DNA of 64,000 nucleotides from a bacterium (lineage in GTDB: Bacteria; UBA8248). This document shows, piece after piece, positions 11,064-21,003 of this stretch; the first letter of the stretch is position 1, and every line of letters starts with the position of its first letter. The stretch covers positions 1,344,001-1,408,000 of the forward strand of contig OZ244799.1 in assembly GCA_965219955.1 (NCBI GenBank), given 5' to 3'. The position numbers were made by a program, and so were the translations under genes. The notes beneath the pieces were generated by a model, which was not told the DNA's origin, searched no databases, and saw only the letters and a program-made list of their open reading frames with translations.

Positions 11064-11792
11064 TCAGGCGGGGCCTGCCCGCTCGATGATATTCGACATC
11101 TCGCGCACGGCTCTCTCAAAACCGACGAAAACGGAATGCGAGACAATGCTGTGGCCGATGTTCAGTTCCTGCAGGTGGGGAAGAGAGGCCACGGCTTCCA
11201 CATTGAGGTAAGTGAGGCCGTGGCCGGCGTGTACGCCGATGCCGAGTCCGTGGGCCCGTAAAGAAGCGTTGCGGAGTGATGCCAACTCCTTTTCCTGAAA
11301 CACATGACCTTTGGCTTCAGAATAGGCAGCCGTGTTCAACTCCACGAAATCTGCGTCCAACTCCTTTGCGGCTTCGATTTGTTCGGGATGCGGGTCGATG
11401 AAAAGGCTCAAGAGGAGCCCGGCATCTCGCATGGGCTTCATCAGACCGGCTATCTGCTCGATGTTGCCCGCCACATCCAGGCCGCCCTCTGTCGTTATCT
11501 CCTCGCGCCGCTCCGGAACCAGGGTGACCTGCTCCGGCTTCACATCGAGGGCAATGCCTTGCATTTCCGGTACAGGCGCCATCTCCAGGTTGAGCTTGCC
11601 CCGAACCACCTGGCGCATCAACCTCAAGTCCCTGTCCTGGATATGCCTTCGGTCTTCACGCAGGTGAATGGTGATGCCCATCGCTCCCGCACGTTCAGCG
11701 ATGAGCGCCGCCGCCACCGGATCGGGCTCATTCGTCTTTCTCGCTTCACGGATGGTGGCGACGTGGTCCACATTCACACAAAGTTCAGGCAT
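11064..11792 (-). CDS. pdxJ: pyridoxine 5'-phosphate synthase
   Basis: [38 protein letters not shown]. Confidence 0.97.
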   Translation of the reverse strand: MPELCVNVDHVATIREARKTNEPDPVAAALIAERAGAMGITIHLREDRRHIQDRDLRLMRQVVRGKLNLEMAPVPEMQGIALDVKPEQVTLVPERREEITTEGGLDVAGNIEQIAGLMKPMRDAGLLLSLFIDPHPEQIEAAKELDADFVELNTAAYSEAKGHVFQEKELASLRNASLRAHGLGIGVHAGHGLTYLNVEAVASLPHLQELNIGHSIVSHSVFVGFERAVREMSNIIERAGPA

Positions 11793-11905
11793 CGTTCCCC
11801 TCAACACCACAAATGCAACACCATGTTATATGGACGTTCTCGTCCACAGCGCCGGAAACCAGAGGCACTCCAGCCCTCAACCATAAATCGAAATACAGGG
11901 AGAGA

Positions 11906-13825
11906 CTAGGCTTGGCCGGGCGCCAAGTCAGTCGGCGATGACTGCGGATCCTCACGAGGTTTTCCCTCCGGGTGTGGTGAAGCCGAAGTGTTTTCTTCGC
12001 CAACCTCGTCTTTTCGCTTTGGACTCCTGGAAATTTGTCCGGTTTCCATCAAAGACTCGATATCTTTGAGATCGATGGTTTCATACTCGAGCAACGCATT
12101 GGCGAGCAAATCGAGCTTGTCCCGATTTTCCTCGAGCAATTTATACGCTCTCTCATAACTCGACGAAACCATATCCTTCACTTCATTATCGATTTCAAGT
12201 GCCACCTGGTCGCTATAGTCCCTGTGCTGGGAGATTTCACGCCCCAGGAAGATCTGCTCATGTTTTTTCCCGTATGCCAAAGGACCGAGTTTCTCGCTCA
12301 TCCCCCATTCACAAACCATGCTTCTCGCCAGGTCGGTCGATGTCTGGATGTCGGCTTTCGCGCCTGTCGTCAGTTCTTCAAAAACCAACATCTCCGCAGC
12401 ACGTCCACCCATCAGGCAGGCAAGCTGGTTCGTCAAAAACGTTTTATCGTTGCTGTAGCGATCCTCAAGAGGGGAAGACCATGTGCTTCCCAACGAAAAA
12501 CCCCGCGGGATGATCGTCACCTTCTCGACGGGATCCGTCCCGGGTATCAGCAAGGAAACAAGGGCGTGCCCCGCTTCGTGGTAGGCTGTATTTCTCTTCT
12601 CCTTTTCGCTGAGCGCCATGCTGCGCCGCTCCTTGCCCATCAAGACTTTATCCTTCGCTTCCATCAGGTCTTCATTTTCAACAGAGCTTTTTCCCCGGCG
12701 CGCCGCAAGGAGTGCGGATTCGTTCAAAAGGTTCGCCAGATCAGCGCCCGCAAATCGCGGGGTGCCACGCGCTATGAGATTCAAATCGACGGTTTCATCG
12801 AGCGGCACCTTCTCCGCATGCACTTTCAAAATCGCCAGACGGCCTTTAATGTCAGGCAAGGAAACAACAATCTGGCGGTCAAAGCGGCCCGGGCGGAGGA
12901 GAGCCGGGTCCAACACGTCCGGCCGGTTCGTCGCCGCCATCAGGATGACCCCGTCATTCGACTCAAAACCATCCATCTCGACGAGGAGCTGATTGAGCGT
13001 CTGCTCACGTTCATCGTGGCCGCCACCGAGGCCGGCGCCCCTGTGCCGCCCGACAGCATCAATCTCATCAATGAAAATGATGCACGGCGCATTTGCTTTG
13101 CCCTGCTCGAACAAATCCCGGACTCTCGACGCCCCGACCCCGACAAACATCTCCACAAAACTGGAGCCGCTTATCGAGAAAAACGGCACATCCGCTTCGC
13201 CCGCGATGGCGCGCGCCAGCAGGGTTTTGCCCGTGCCCGGAGGGCCGACCATAAGGACACCCTTGGGAATGCGTGCGCCCAGGCGCGTGAACTTTTGCGG
13301 ATCGCGGAGAAAATCAACGAGTTCTTCGAGTTCTTCCTTCGCTTCCTCGATGCCGGCCACATCCGCGAACGTGATCTTTTTCTTCGCGGATTCGGGCATC
13401 ATTCGCGCTTTGCTTTTTCCAAACGACAGCGCTTTGGAGCCGCCCATCTGCATCTGGCGCATGAAGAAAATCCAAACGCCCAGCATCACCAGCATGGGCA
13501 GCCAACTCAACAGCATGTTCATATACCAGGAGTTTTGTTCTACGGGCTGCGCCGTGATGCGAACGCCCTTGGCTCTGAGGGTGTCGATCAGTTTCGGGTC
13601 CTTGGGAGCGTGGGTATGGAAGGATCTGCCGCTCAGGTAGCGGCCCCGGATGTTGTCACCCTGGACGATCACTTCGCTCACCTGTCCTTCAGATACCGCT
13701 TGCAGAAAATCGCTATAAACAACCGTTCTGTCCGTCGAGCGCGGGCTATTGAAGGCCTGGAACAAGCCCACCATTATCAACCCGATAATCAGCCAGAGCG
13801 CCAAATTCTTGTAAAATTGATTCAA
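11906..13825 (-). CDS. ftsH: ATP-dependent zinc metalloprotease
   Basis: Two TMs, [29 protein letters not shown]. Confidence 0.98.
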   Translation of the reverse strand: MNQFYKNLALWLIIGLIMVGLFQAFNSPRSTDRTVVYSDFLQAVSEGQVSEVIVQGDNIRGRYLSGRSFHTHAPKDPKLIDTLRAKGVRITAQPVEQNSWYMNMLLSWLPMLVMLGVWIFFMRQMQMGGSKALSFGKSKARMMPESAKKKITFADVAGIEEAKEELEELVDFLRDPQKFTRLGARIPKGVLMVGPPGTGKTLLARAIAGEADVPFFSISGSSFVEMFVGVGASRVRDLFEQGKANAPCIIFIDEIDAVGRHRGAGLGGGHDEREQTLNQLLVEMDGFESNDGVILMAATNRPDVLDPALLRPGRFDRQIVVSLPDIKGRLAILKVHAEKVPLDETVDLNLIARGTPRFAGADLANLLNESALLAARRGKSSVENEDLMEAKDKVLMGKERRSMALSEKEKRNTAYHEAGHALVSLLIPGTDPVEKVTIIPRGFSLGSTWSSPLEDRYSNDKTFLTNQLACLMGGRAAEMLVFEELTTGAKADIQTSTDLARSMVCEWGMSEKLGPLAYGKKHEQIFLGREISQHRDYSDQVALEIDNEVKDMVSSSYERAYKLLEENRDKLDLLANALLEYETIDLKDIESLMETGQISRSPKRKDEVGEENTSASPHPEGKPREDPQSSPTDLAPGQA

Positions 13826-13921
13826 AATGCCTTCCTTCTCTTTCCGGTGAGCGGCTCTTTAAACCCTGAAAACAAGTTATCAGGATTTTTCTCATCCGTC
13901 TACGAGTGAAACTTCAAATCA

Positions 13922-15406
13922 CTAAGCCAACGAACTTAAGAACTTACTATCTCCATTCTCCAGCAACGCTTTAAGGATAACCCCCTGCTTTCCGCTCCCG
14001 TCAAGCAGGAAATCCGCTGAAACCTGATGGCCTATGATCCATGCCACCTTGTCTCCGGCGGTCAGGAGAGGTATCCGGTTCCTGAAGGCTCTCGGTATTT
14101 TTCGTTCTATGAGGTAATCCTTGAGTTTCCTCTCTTTCGTTCGCCCCAAGGGACGGAATCGGTCTCCATCGCGCCGGGTCCGGATACAGGCGTCCGCCCC
14201 CAGCTTTTCCAGATCAAACCGCGCCTCCCATGCCCCATTTGTTTGAGGGGTGAAATCGCATGAAGCTTCTATTTCCAGACACAGCGAATGATGAACCGTC
14301 TTTCCTGGAACCCGCAGCCTTTGCTCCTCAAGCAGCCTGGATTCCATGCGGGAACAACCGAAGATCAGACGGCCATATTCCCTTCTCGCCACCAGGCCGC
14401 CCGGCAAACTCAACACTCCCGAGGGCTTATCCCCCATCGCCAGGCCATCCAGGTCTTCAATCCATTTTCGCAGAGCACGCCTGCGGGCGTGAGCAGGCGA
14501 TTCGTCCCTGAGCATGTCCAGCACCGAGCGCCAAAGCTCGGCTCTATGCAACGGAGAGAGTTCTTTCACCTCGCGTAATGGGAAGACAATGAGTTCCTCA
14601 TCATCCTCACGGATGAATTTCGCACTCAAATCCCTGGACATTTTATCCATGAGAGAGACAAGCGGGGCGGATATCTCCGCACTCCTGGCGATTCCGCTGA
14701 CAGCCGCATCGCCTATATGTTCCCGTACGGCCGGCATGATTTTTTTGCGTATCCGGTTTCTGAGGCGGCTCTCGTCCGCATTCATTTCATCCTCGACCCA
14801 GGAGATGCTCTGCGCCTCCAGATACTCCACAATCTCCTTGCGCGACACGTTCAGCAAGGGCCGGATGATGTGGAACCCCTCTTCTCCTTTCGACGAAAAC
14901 GGGGTCCGCCACTTCATGCCTGAAATCCCTCTCACGCCTGCTCCTTCAAACAAGCGCATGAGCACGGTTTCAGCCTGGTCATCCATGTTGTGGGCCAACG
15001 CGAGGGTATCGGCGCCAATCTCCCTGGCGGCCGTCAGAAAAGCCGAACGCCTCGATTCGCGAGCAGCTCCTTCGAGTCCCAATTGCGCTATTCGAGACAC
15101 ACGAACATGCTCGCAACGGAAATCAATGCCGTACAGCTGACACACGTGCCTGGCATGTTCAGCGTCTTTTTTCGACAGGCTCCCGCGGAGCCCGTGTTCG
15201 ACATGAACGGCACAAAGGGGCTGTGATTCCGGCAGAAGCGACTTTAAGGACATCAAGAGAGCCGTGGAATCCGCGCCACCGGAAAAACCAACGAGCAAAG
15301 GGGCAGACCTGGCCTTATAAGCCGATTTTCTGAGGCCCTTTCTCACCTTGGCCTCGAATATTTTTTTTGCTTTCAAGGAAGTTCCTTGCGAGGCGCCTGC
15401 CATCAC
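13922..15406 (-). CDS. tilS: tRNA(Ile)-lysidine synthetase
   Basis: PP-loop SGGADS, HVEHGLR, AHNMDDQAET, IIRPLL, C-terminal RRDGD...KLKD. Upstream of ftsH. Confidence 0.95.
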   Translation of the reverse strand: MMAGASQGTSLKAKKIFEAKVRKGLRKSAYKARSAPLLVGFSGGADSTALLMSLKSLLPESQPLCAVHVEHGLRGSLSKKDAEHARHVCQLYGIDFRCEHVRVSRIAQLGLEGAARESRRSAFLTAAREIGADTLALAHNMDDQAETVLMRLFEGAGVRGISGMKWRTPFSSKGEEGFHIIRPLLNVSRKEIVEYLEAQSISWVEDEMNADESRLRNRIRKKIMPAVREHIGDAAVSGIARSAEISAPLVSLMDKMSRDLSAKFIREDDEELIVFPLREVKELSPLHRAELWRSVLDMLRDESPAHARRRALRKWIEDLDGLAMGDKPSGVLSLPGGLVARREYGRLIFGCSRMESRLLEEQRLRVPGKTVHHSLCLEIEASCDFTPQTNGAWEARFDLEKLGADACIRTRRDGDRFRPLGRTKERKLKDYLIERKIPRAFRNRIPLLTAGDKVAWIIGHQVSADFLLDGSGKQGVILKALLENGDSKFLSSLA

Positions 15407-15437
15407 CTGAGATATCCTCCCCTGAGCGGCGAGGAAT

Positions 15438-15514
15438 TGGTAGCGGCGGAGGGACTTGAACCCCCAACACTACGGATATGAGCCGTATGCTCTAACCGGT
15501 TGAGCTACGCCGCC
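15438..15514 (-). tRNA. tRNA-Met (CAU), elongator type
   Basis: 77-nt cloverleaf GGCGGCGTAGCTCAACCGGTTAGAGCATACGGCTCATATCCGTAGTGTTGGGGGTTCAAGTCCCTCCGCCGCTACCA with encoded CCA. It lacks the initiator C1 mismatch and GGG/CCC anticodon stem; the GGCGGCG acceptor is typical of elongator Met. Confidence 0.93.
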
Positions 15515-15527
15515 AGAATGCACCCCG

Positions 15528-15683
15528 TCAGGGAGACTGCTTGGGTCGGAATATGGCGAAAACAAACATGGCAGAGAGAATATAGAAAAAAACCTGCATA
15601 CCAATGTCTTCCATGCGAAAGCCTACCATCAAGCACAAATATCCCAAAAAGAGCAAGATCAGAATTTCGATTTCACGCCTCAT
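15528..15683 (-). CDS. small hypothetical 2-TM membrane protein (51 aa)
   Basis: MRREIEILILLFLGYLCLMVGFRMEDIGMQVFFYILSAMFVFAIFRPKQSP. GGGGAG RBS, and ATGA overlap with the upstream ORF. Confidence 0.6.
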   Translation of the reverse strand: MRREIEILILLFLGYLCLMVGFRMEDIGMQVFFYILSAMFVFAIFRPKQSP

Positions 15684-15877
15684 TTGTCGTTTGCTCCCCG
15701 TTCTAGGCCTTCGGATGAAGACGGAATTTCCTTCGATTGCGTTTGCTGTAACCTCAAGTCCGGTGAAAATTCCGGACAAAAAATCGCCCCGTTCGGTTCA
15801 TTACGATACTTCAGGCGGCAACCCTCTCGCCAAGCGCAAACAACACACTCGCGAACTCCCTGGTAGGCCACGCTCAA
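15680..15877 (-). CDS. small Cys4 protein (CxxCAWRxxC...CPEF), putative metal-binding
   Basis: AAGGAG RBS before TTG 15877 / GTG 15871. Sequence ECVVCAWREGCRLKY...FCPEFSPDL. Its stop overlaps the next start. Confidence 0.65.
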   Translation of the reverse strand: MSVAYQGVRECVVCAWREGCRLKYRNEPNGAIFCPEFSPDLRLQQTQSKEIPSSSEGLERGANDK

Positions 15878-15915
15878 ATATCTCCTTCCAAAATTCCGCC
15901 TCACTACAGGAGCAG

Positions 15916-15945
15916 AATATAAATGCCCGGAACCGAAAACGTCAA
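15916..15945 (-). promoter_or_regulatory. sigma-70-like promoter for the small-gene pair (and possibly tRNA-Met/tilS)
   Basis: TTGACG-N18-TATATT with an A-rich upstream tract. Confidence 0.55.
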
Positions 15946-16052
15946 GTTTTCTATTTTTTCCGGCCTCCCCTTCCCATAAACCCCGGAGCCGGACAACACT
16001 TTATGGAAAATTCCACAAACCGCTTCAAAACAAAACCTGAAAACCATCTGAA

Positions 16053-17765
16053 TTAACTGCCGGATTTCATTTCTTCGGAAACCAGATTTTCCAAAAAAGC
16101 CGCCGACTCGCCAATCGCTACAAGTTGTGTTTCTCCCGTCCTTCTCGATTTTATCTCGATTTTACCTTCCTTGAGACCTCTGGGTCCGATGACCGCTTTG
16201 TAAGGGAACCCGATGAGATCGGCATCCTTGAATTTCACGCCCGGGCGCTCATCCCTGTCATCAAGCGCGACATCCAGCCCTGCGGCCTCGAGCGAGTCGT
16301 AGAGGTGCTCGCAAACTTTCATGGTTTCATCATCCACTCTCACCGGAATGATGTCCACATGATACGGAGCGATGGGAGTCGGCCAGATGATGCCGTCCTC
16401 ATCATGGTTCTGCTCAATGGCCGCCGCGACTGTTCGGCCTACGCCGATGCCATAACAGCCCATGACGATAGAGTGCGTCTCGCCATTCTCGTCCTGATAG
16501 GTAGCGTCTAAAGATTCAGAATACTTGCAACCCAGCTTGAAGACATGCCCCACTTCGATGCCTCGCCGGATGCTGAGCCCAGCCTCGCATTTTGGGCAGG
16601 CGTCTCCTGCCTGGGCAACCGTGAGGTCGGCAAATATGCCTGCGGTAAAGTCACGACCCTCGCGAGCGCCTGTGTAGTGATAGTCCGTTTGATTTGCCCC
16701 GACAATCAGCCCTTCGCTATTTTCAAGGGCGCAATCCGCCACGAGCCGAACATCAGACAAGCCTACAGGCCCTGCAAAGCCCACTTCGGAGTTGGTCAGC
16801 TTCTCTACCGTCTCGGCGTCGGCAAGTTCGATATCCACCGCATCAAGCGCATTTTTCAGTTTGATCTCGTTCAATTCCCTGTGGCCTGGAATCATAGCGG
16901 CCACCGGCTCATCGTCTGCGATATACAAAAGAGTCTTGACCATGCGATACGGAGGCAGAGAGAAAAATTCCGCCACTTCTTCTATGGAATGAGCGTCGGG
17001 AGTATGGACTTTTTCAAGTTCGCCTCCCTCATTCCCGGGCAACTTCAAGGATACCGGCGATTTTTCCACATTCGCCGCGTACCCACACGAATCACAAACC
17101 GTGATCGCCTCCTCGCCCGTATCGGCCATGACCATGAACTCATGCGAAAAACTCCCGCCGATGGCCCCTGAATCCGCCTCCACGGCGCTGAACTTCAGTC
17201 CACAGCGCTGAAATATCCGGGTATAGGCCTGCACCATTTCTTCATAACTTCGCTCCGCGCCCGCCTCGTCTCTATCAAAGCTGTAGCCGTCCTTCATCGT
17301 GAACTCCCGCCCACGCATCACGCCGAAACGGGGCCTGATCTCGTCCCTGAATTTCGTTTGAATCTGATAGAGATTGAGCGGCAGGTCCCGATAACTCCTT
17401 ACCTCGCGCGCCACCAGATCGGTGATTACCTCCTCATGCGTGGGTCCCAGACAAAAATCGCGCTCATGGCGATCTTTCAAGCGGATCAATTCTTTGCCGT
17501 ATACTTCCCACCGTCCCGTCTTTCGCCAAAGCTCGGCCGGGTTCAGCGCAGGAAGGAAAACTTCTTGCGCGTCTGCGCGATTCAACTCCTCACGCAATAT
17601 CTGCTCGACCTTGCGCTGCACGCGCACGCCGATGGGCAAAAGCGTATACACGCCTGCCGCCAATCGGCGGATCATGCCTGAGCGCACCATCAGTTTATGG
17701 CTGACGACTTCCGCTTCGGCGGGCGCTTCTTTTAATGTGGGCAAAAAACCTCGTGAGAATCGCAT
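16053..17765 (-). CDS. proS: prolyl-tRNA synthetase (bacterial type with INS editing domain)
   Basis: LGPTHEE, FRDEIRPRFG, GIEVGHVF, MGCYGIGVGR, GVKFKDADLIG. Confidence 0.98.
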   Translation of the reverse strand: MRFSRGFLPTLKEAPAEAEVVSHKLMVRSGMIRRLAAGVYTLLPIGVRVQRKVEQILREELNRADAQEVFLPALNPAELWRKTGRWEVYGKELIRLKDRHERDFCLGPTHEEVITDLVAREVRSYRDLPLNLYQIQTKFRDEIRPRFGVMRGREFTMKDGYSFDRDEAGAERSYEEMVQAYTRIFQRCGLKFSAVEADSGAIGGSFSHEFMVMADTGEEAITVCDSCGYAANVEKSPVSLKLPGNEGGELEKVHTPDAHSIEEVAEFFSLPPYRMVKTLLYIADDEPVAAMIPGHRELNEIKLKNALDAVDIELADAETVEKLTNSEVGFAGPVGLSDVRLVADCALENSEGLIVGANQTDYHYTGAREGRDFTAGIFADLTVAQAGDACPKCEAGLSIRRGIEVGHVFKLGCKYSESLDATYQDENGETHSIVMGCYGIGVGRTVAAAIEQNHDEDGIIWPTPIAPYHVDIIPVRVDDETMKVCEHLYDSLEAAGLDVALDDRDERPGVKFKDADLIGFPYKAVIGPRGLKEGKIEIKSRRTGETQLVAIGESAAFLENLVSEEMKSGS

Positions 17766-17778
17766 CTATCAGATTTTC

Positions 17779-19023
17779 TTAGGAGTGAGTTACCTCAAAT
17801 TGGCCTTTTTCGTATTGCTCCGCAAGTTGCTCTACGCGCTCCACCAGGTTTTTCTTGATGTCCTCATAGGATACCAGACCTGACTTCTCGCCTTTCATGA
17901 AAATCAGAGCGCGCTTATGGCCGCCGGCCACGCCGATGTCGGCATCTTTCGCCTCACCAGGACCGTTCACCTCACAACCCATGACGGCCACCGTAATAGG
18001 CGCGTCAATATGGGCAAGCTCCTGCTCCACTTCCATGGTGAGCTTATCCACGTCAATTTGAACACGCCCGCACGATGGACACGCGACGACATTCACGCCC
18101 TTCTGGCGCAACTTCAGGCTTTTTAGAATTTCGTAGCCCACGCGCACCTCTTCCACCGGGTCCGCCGCCAGGGAAACGCGAATCGTGTCACCGATACCTT
18201 CCGAGAGCAGAATACCCAGGCCGACAGAACTTTTTACGCTGCCCGTCTGGAGGCTCCCGCTCTCCGTGATGCCCAGATGGAGAGGGTACTCGACGCGTTT
18301 CGCCATCAACCGATAGGCTTTTACCGTCCTCGCGACATCGGAGGCCTTCAAGGAGATCTTCGTGTCATAAAAGCTTCGCTTCTCCAGCATGGCGACATGG
18401 CGCAGTCCACTCTCCACCATCGCCTCGGGCGTTGCGCCGCCGAAACGATCGAGCAGGTGCTTTTCCAGGGACCCGGCGTTCACGCCAACGCGGATGGGCA
18501 GGCCATTGCCTTTCGCCGCATCGACCACTTCGCTCACCCTCTCTTCCCCGTTGATGTTGCCGGGGTTGATGCGCAGGCAATCGATCCCCGCATCCGCAGC
18601 CATCAAGGCATAGCGATAGTCGAAGTGAATATCCGCCACCAGGGGCATCTCGGTGCGTTTCCTGATTTCACAGAGCGCATTGGCCGACTTCTCGTCAGGA
18701 ACAGCCAGACGAACAATTTCACAGCCCGCAGCTTCCAGCCGCTCTATTTGGTCTACGGTCCCCTCCACATCATGCGTGTAGGTGTTGCACATCGATTGCA
18801 CCACGATGGGAGCACCGCCACCAATTTTGACGCCCCGCACTTCAACCTGAGAACTTCTTCGTCGATTGAGAGGGAACAAGGAAGGATCCGCACAAGGCAA
18901 CGCTTCGCCGGCCTCTTCCGCTCCAAGCATCGGCAAAGCGGCGCCGCTCTGCTCTTTAGGCGGGAGGCCAACCCCCGGTATGGGTTTGGCGTAAAAAACG
19001 TCGTCCGTAAATGGCTCAAACAA
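17779..19023 (-). CDS. ispG: 4-hydroxy-3-methylbut-2-en-1-yl diphosphate synthase
   Basis: PIVVQSM, VADIHF, RINPGN, DTIRVSL, CPSCGR, MGCEVNGPGEA. Confidence 0.97.
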   Translation of the reverse strand: MFEPFTDDVFYAKPIPGVGLPPKEQSGAALPMLGAEEAGEALPCADPSLFPLNRRRSSQVEVRGVKIGGGAPIVVQSMCNTYTHDVEGTVDQIERLEAAGCEIVRLAVPDEKSANALCEIRKRTEMPLVADIHFDYRYALMAADAGIDCLRINPGNINGEERVSEVVDAAKGNGLPIRVGVNAGSLEKHLLDRFGGATPEAMVESGLRHVAMLEKRSFYDTKISLKASDVARTVKAYRLMAKRVEYPLHLGITESGSLQTGSVKSSVGLGILLSEGIGDTIRVSLAADPVEEVRVGYEILKSLKLRQKGVNVVACPSCGRVQIDVDKLTMEVEQELAHIDAPITVAVMGCEVNGPGEAKDADIGVAGGHKRALIFMKGEKSGLVSYEDIKKNLVERVEQLAEQYEKGQFEVTHS

Positions 19024-19034
19024 TGCCCAATCCC

Positions 19035-20231
19035 CTATTCGCCTTTTCTGCTCTCAGGAGATGACTTCGTAACGTCCTTCATTTTCTCCACTTGCTTCTC
19101 TTTTTTCGTTATCGTTGACGGTTCATTACCGAAAAGATAATACACGCTGTCCTTATAGGTGGCAAAGATCATCAAACCGATGAGTAGAACGGTGCCGACC
19201 TGCATGGCCAACTCCCGGACTCTCAGGCTAATAGGTTTGCCACGCAAGCCTTCAATAAGCAAGAAAAAAATATGCCCGCCATCGAGAACCGGAATCGGCA
19301 GCAAGTTCAAAATCGCCAGATTGATGCTGAGCAAAATCGTAAACATGACAAGGTAGCGGAACCCGCGCTGCGCCTGCTCTGCGGCCACCACGGAGATACG
19401 AATCGGCCCTCCGATGTCCGCAGGAATGGTCTTCGTGAGCATCGAATACAACGTAACGACCGTTAAGCTGGCGATGCGGTAATTTTGCTCAAAACCCTTT
19501 CCCAGAGACTCCAGAAAGCCAAAACGCTCGGTGTAGGTGCCTTGTCCGATACTGATCCCGATCCGGCCGTAGCCCAACTCTTTCCCCGTCGTGCTCTTCG
19601 ATGTCGGAACGATGGGAGTCTCAAAGGATTTGCGGCCGCGCTCCACCGTCAACACAAGTTCTTTACCGGCATTTCTTCGTACGATTTCGACAAGCTCGGA
19701 CCACTTTTGAATTCGCGTCCCATCAATAGCCACGATGTGATCGCCGGTTTGAAGGTTCGCATTTTGCGCAGGCGTATCAGGCAATACACCACCGACCCAG
19801 GTTCCGGGTACTGGAATACCACCAAGGTGCAACCCCCAGCTGAGGAGTATGGCCAGGGCGACGTTAAACAAGGGTCCTGCAGAAATGACGGCCAATCGGT
19901 GGCTCACAGGGCGCAAGTAGAAAGATTTCTCCGGCTCTTCCGGCTCTTTGGGCGCATCGGGATTATCAGGTTGCGCTTCCGGGTCTTCTCCCACGAGCTT
20001 CACATAGCCGCCCAGGGGAATCAGTGACACGCGATATTCCGTCTCTCCCCGCTGAAAACCCCAGATGCGGCGGCCGAAGCCCAAAGAGAATGTGGAAACC
20101 CCGATTTTGAGCCATTTCGCAACGAGATGATGGCCCAACTCATGGATAAAAATGAGCAACCCGAGAACCAGCACTGCCCAGAAAATCGTTTGCCCAAACC
20201 CCATCACCCAGTTGATGATTTGCATCGCCAT
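19035..20231 (-). CDS. rseP: RIP metalloprotease (M50, PDZ)
   Basis: HELGH, PLGGYVK, AGPLFN, NLLPIPVLDGG. Confidence 0.96.
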   Translation of the reverse strand: MAMQIINWVMGFGQTIFWAVLVLGLLIFIHELGHHLVAKWLKIGVSTFSLGFGRRIWGFQRGETEYRVSLIPLGGYVKLVGEDPEAQPDNPDAPKEPEEPEKSFYLRPVSHRLAVISAGPLFNVALAILLSWGLHLGGIPVPGTWVGGVLPDTPAQNANLQTGDHIVAIDGTRIQKWSELVEIVRRNAGKELVLTVERGRKSFETPIVPTSKSTTGKELGYGRIGISIGQGTYTERFGFLESLGKGFEQNYRIASLTVVTLYSMLTKTIPADIGGPIRISVVAAEQAQRGFRYLVMFTILLSINLAILNLLPIPVLDGGHIFFLLIEGLRGKPISLRVRELAMQVGTVLLIGLMIFATYKDSVYYLFGNEPSTITKKEKQVEKMKDVTKSSPESRKGE

Positions 20232-20249
20232 TCTCGATTCAATCCTTAT

Positions 20250-20990
20250 TTATCGCTGGCCGTTATGAGCCGGCATTTGTATAACTTCGACATTCGGCGG
20301 CACGACAAACTGAAATTTCTCTCCTGCAATTCTGACGTTTTCTTCGACATCAGAAAACCGCAGGTGGCTTTTATTGCCGATGTTGTCAATATAGGCCAAG
20401 GTGAGGATTCTGAAATTCTCAGGGTCCACCTCGACCCACATTCGGCGAAACGAGGCGCCCGCGGCCTTAGGCTCCAAACGAATGCGATGAGGCTGACCAG
20501 CCTTCCAGATTCCCCCGCTTCGCCTGGCAACGCCAATTTCTTCTACGGTTACATGAAAATTCTTTTTCAAATTCCCCTTGCCCGACAAGAATAACAAAGG
20601 AGTCGCACCAAACCCAGAGCCTCCGGTTTCGGAAACAATCACCTGCTTGAAGCGGACCGTGTAGAGCCAATACTTGCGGCCATCAGAGACCAGAACCTGC
20701 TTTTCAGGCTTGACGTACTCCATGCGCAATTTGCCGGGCTTCTTCCACGCGAAAAGCCCGCTCGACGTCGTTGTTCGTCCAAGGGATTTCAATTCATTTT
20801 TCTGCTCGAAAGAGGCTTGCAGGGATTCCAGGGCCTCATATTTTTCCTGGAGCGTCGTGACTATTTTCTCCATTTTCAGACGCGATTCTTCCGCCACAGG
20901 CGCGCCAGATGCGCGCCCTTGCGAATACGCGAGAAACGAAAAAAGAAATACCAGTATCAGGAAACTCGATTTGCGCAAAACTCTCTTCAT
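20250..20990 (-). CDS. lolA: outer-membrane lipoprotein carrier LolA-family protein
   Basis: Signal peptide from ATG 20990. ASFEQ, KKPGKLRMEY, VSDG, C-terminal F-F-PPNVEVI. Confidence 0.88.
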   Translation of the reverse strand: MKRVLRKSSFLILVFLFSFLAYSQGRASGAPVAEESRLKMEKIVTTLQEKYEALESLQASFEQKNELKSLGRTTTSSGLFAWKKPGKLRMEYVKPEKQVLVSDGRKYWLYTVRFKQVIVSETGGSGFGATPLLFLSGKGNLKKNFHVTVEEIGVARRSGGIWKAGQPHRIRLEPKAAGASFRRMWVEVDPENFRILTLAYIDNIGNKSHLRFSDVEENVRIAGEKFQFVVPPNVEVIQMPAHNGQR

Positions 20991-21003
20991 CCTCTGTGGA
21001 TAA

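Noticed and set aside
12035-13909. 624-aa plus-strand ORF
   Set aside because: Antisense to ftsH with no recognisable motifs; a typical codon-bias shadow.
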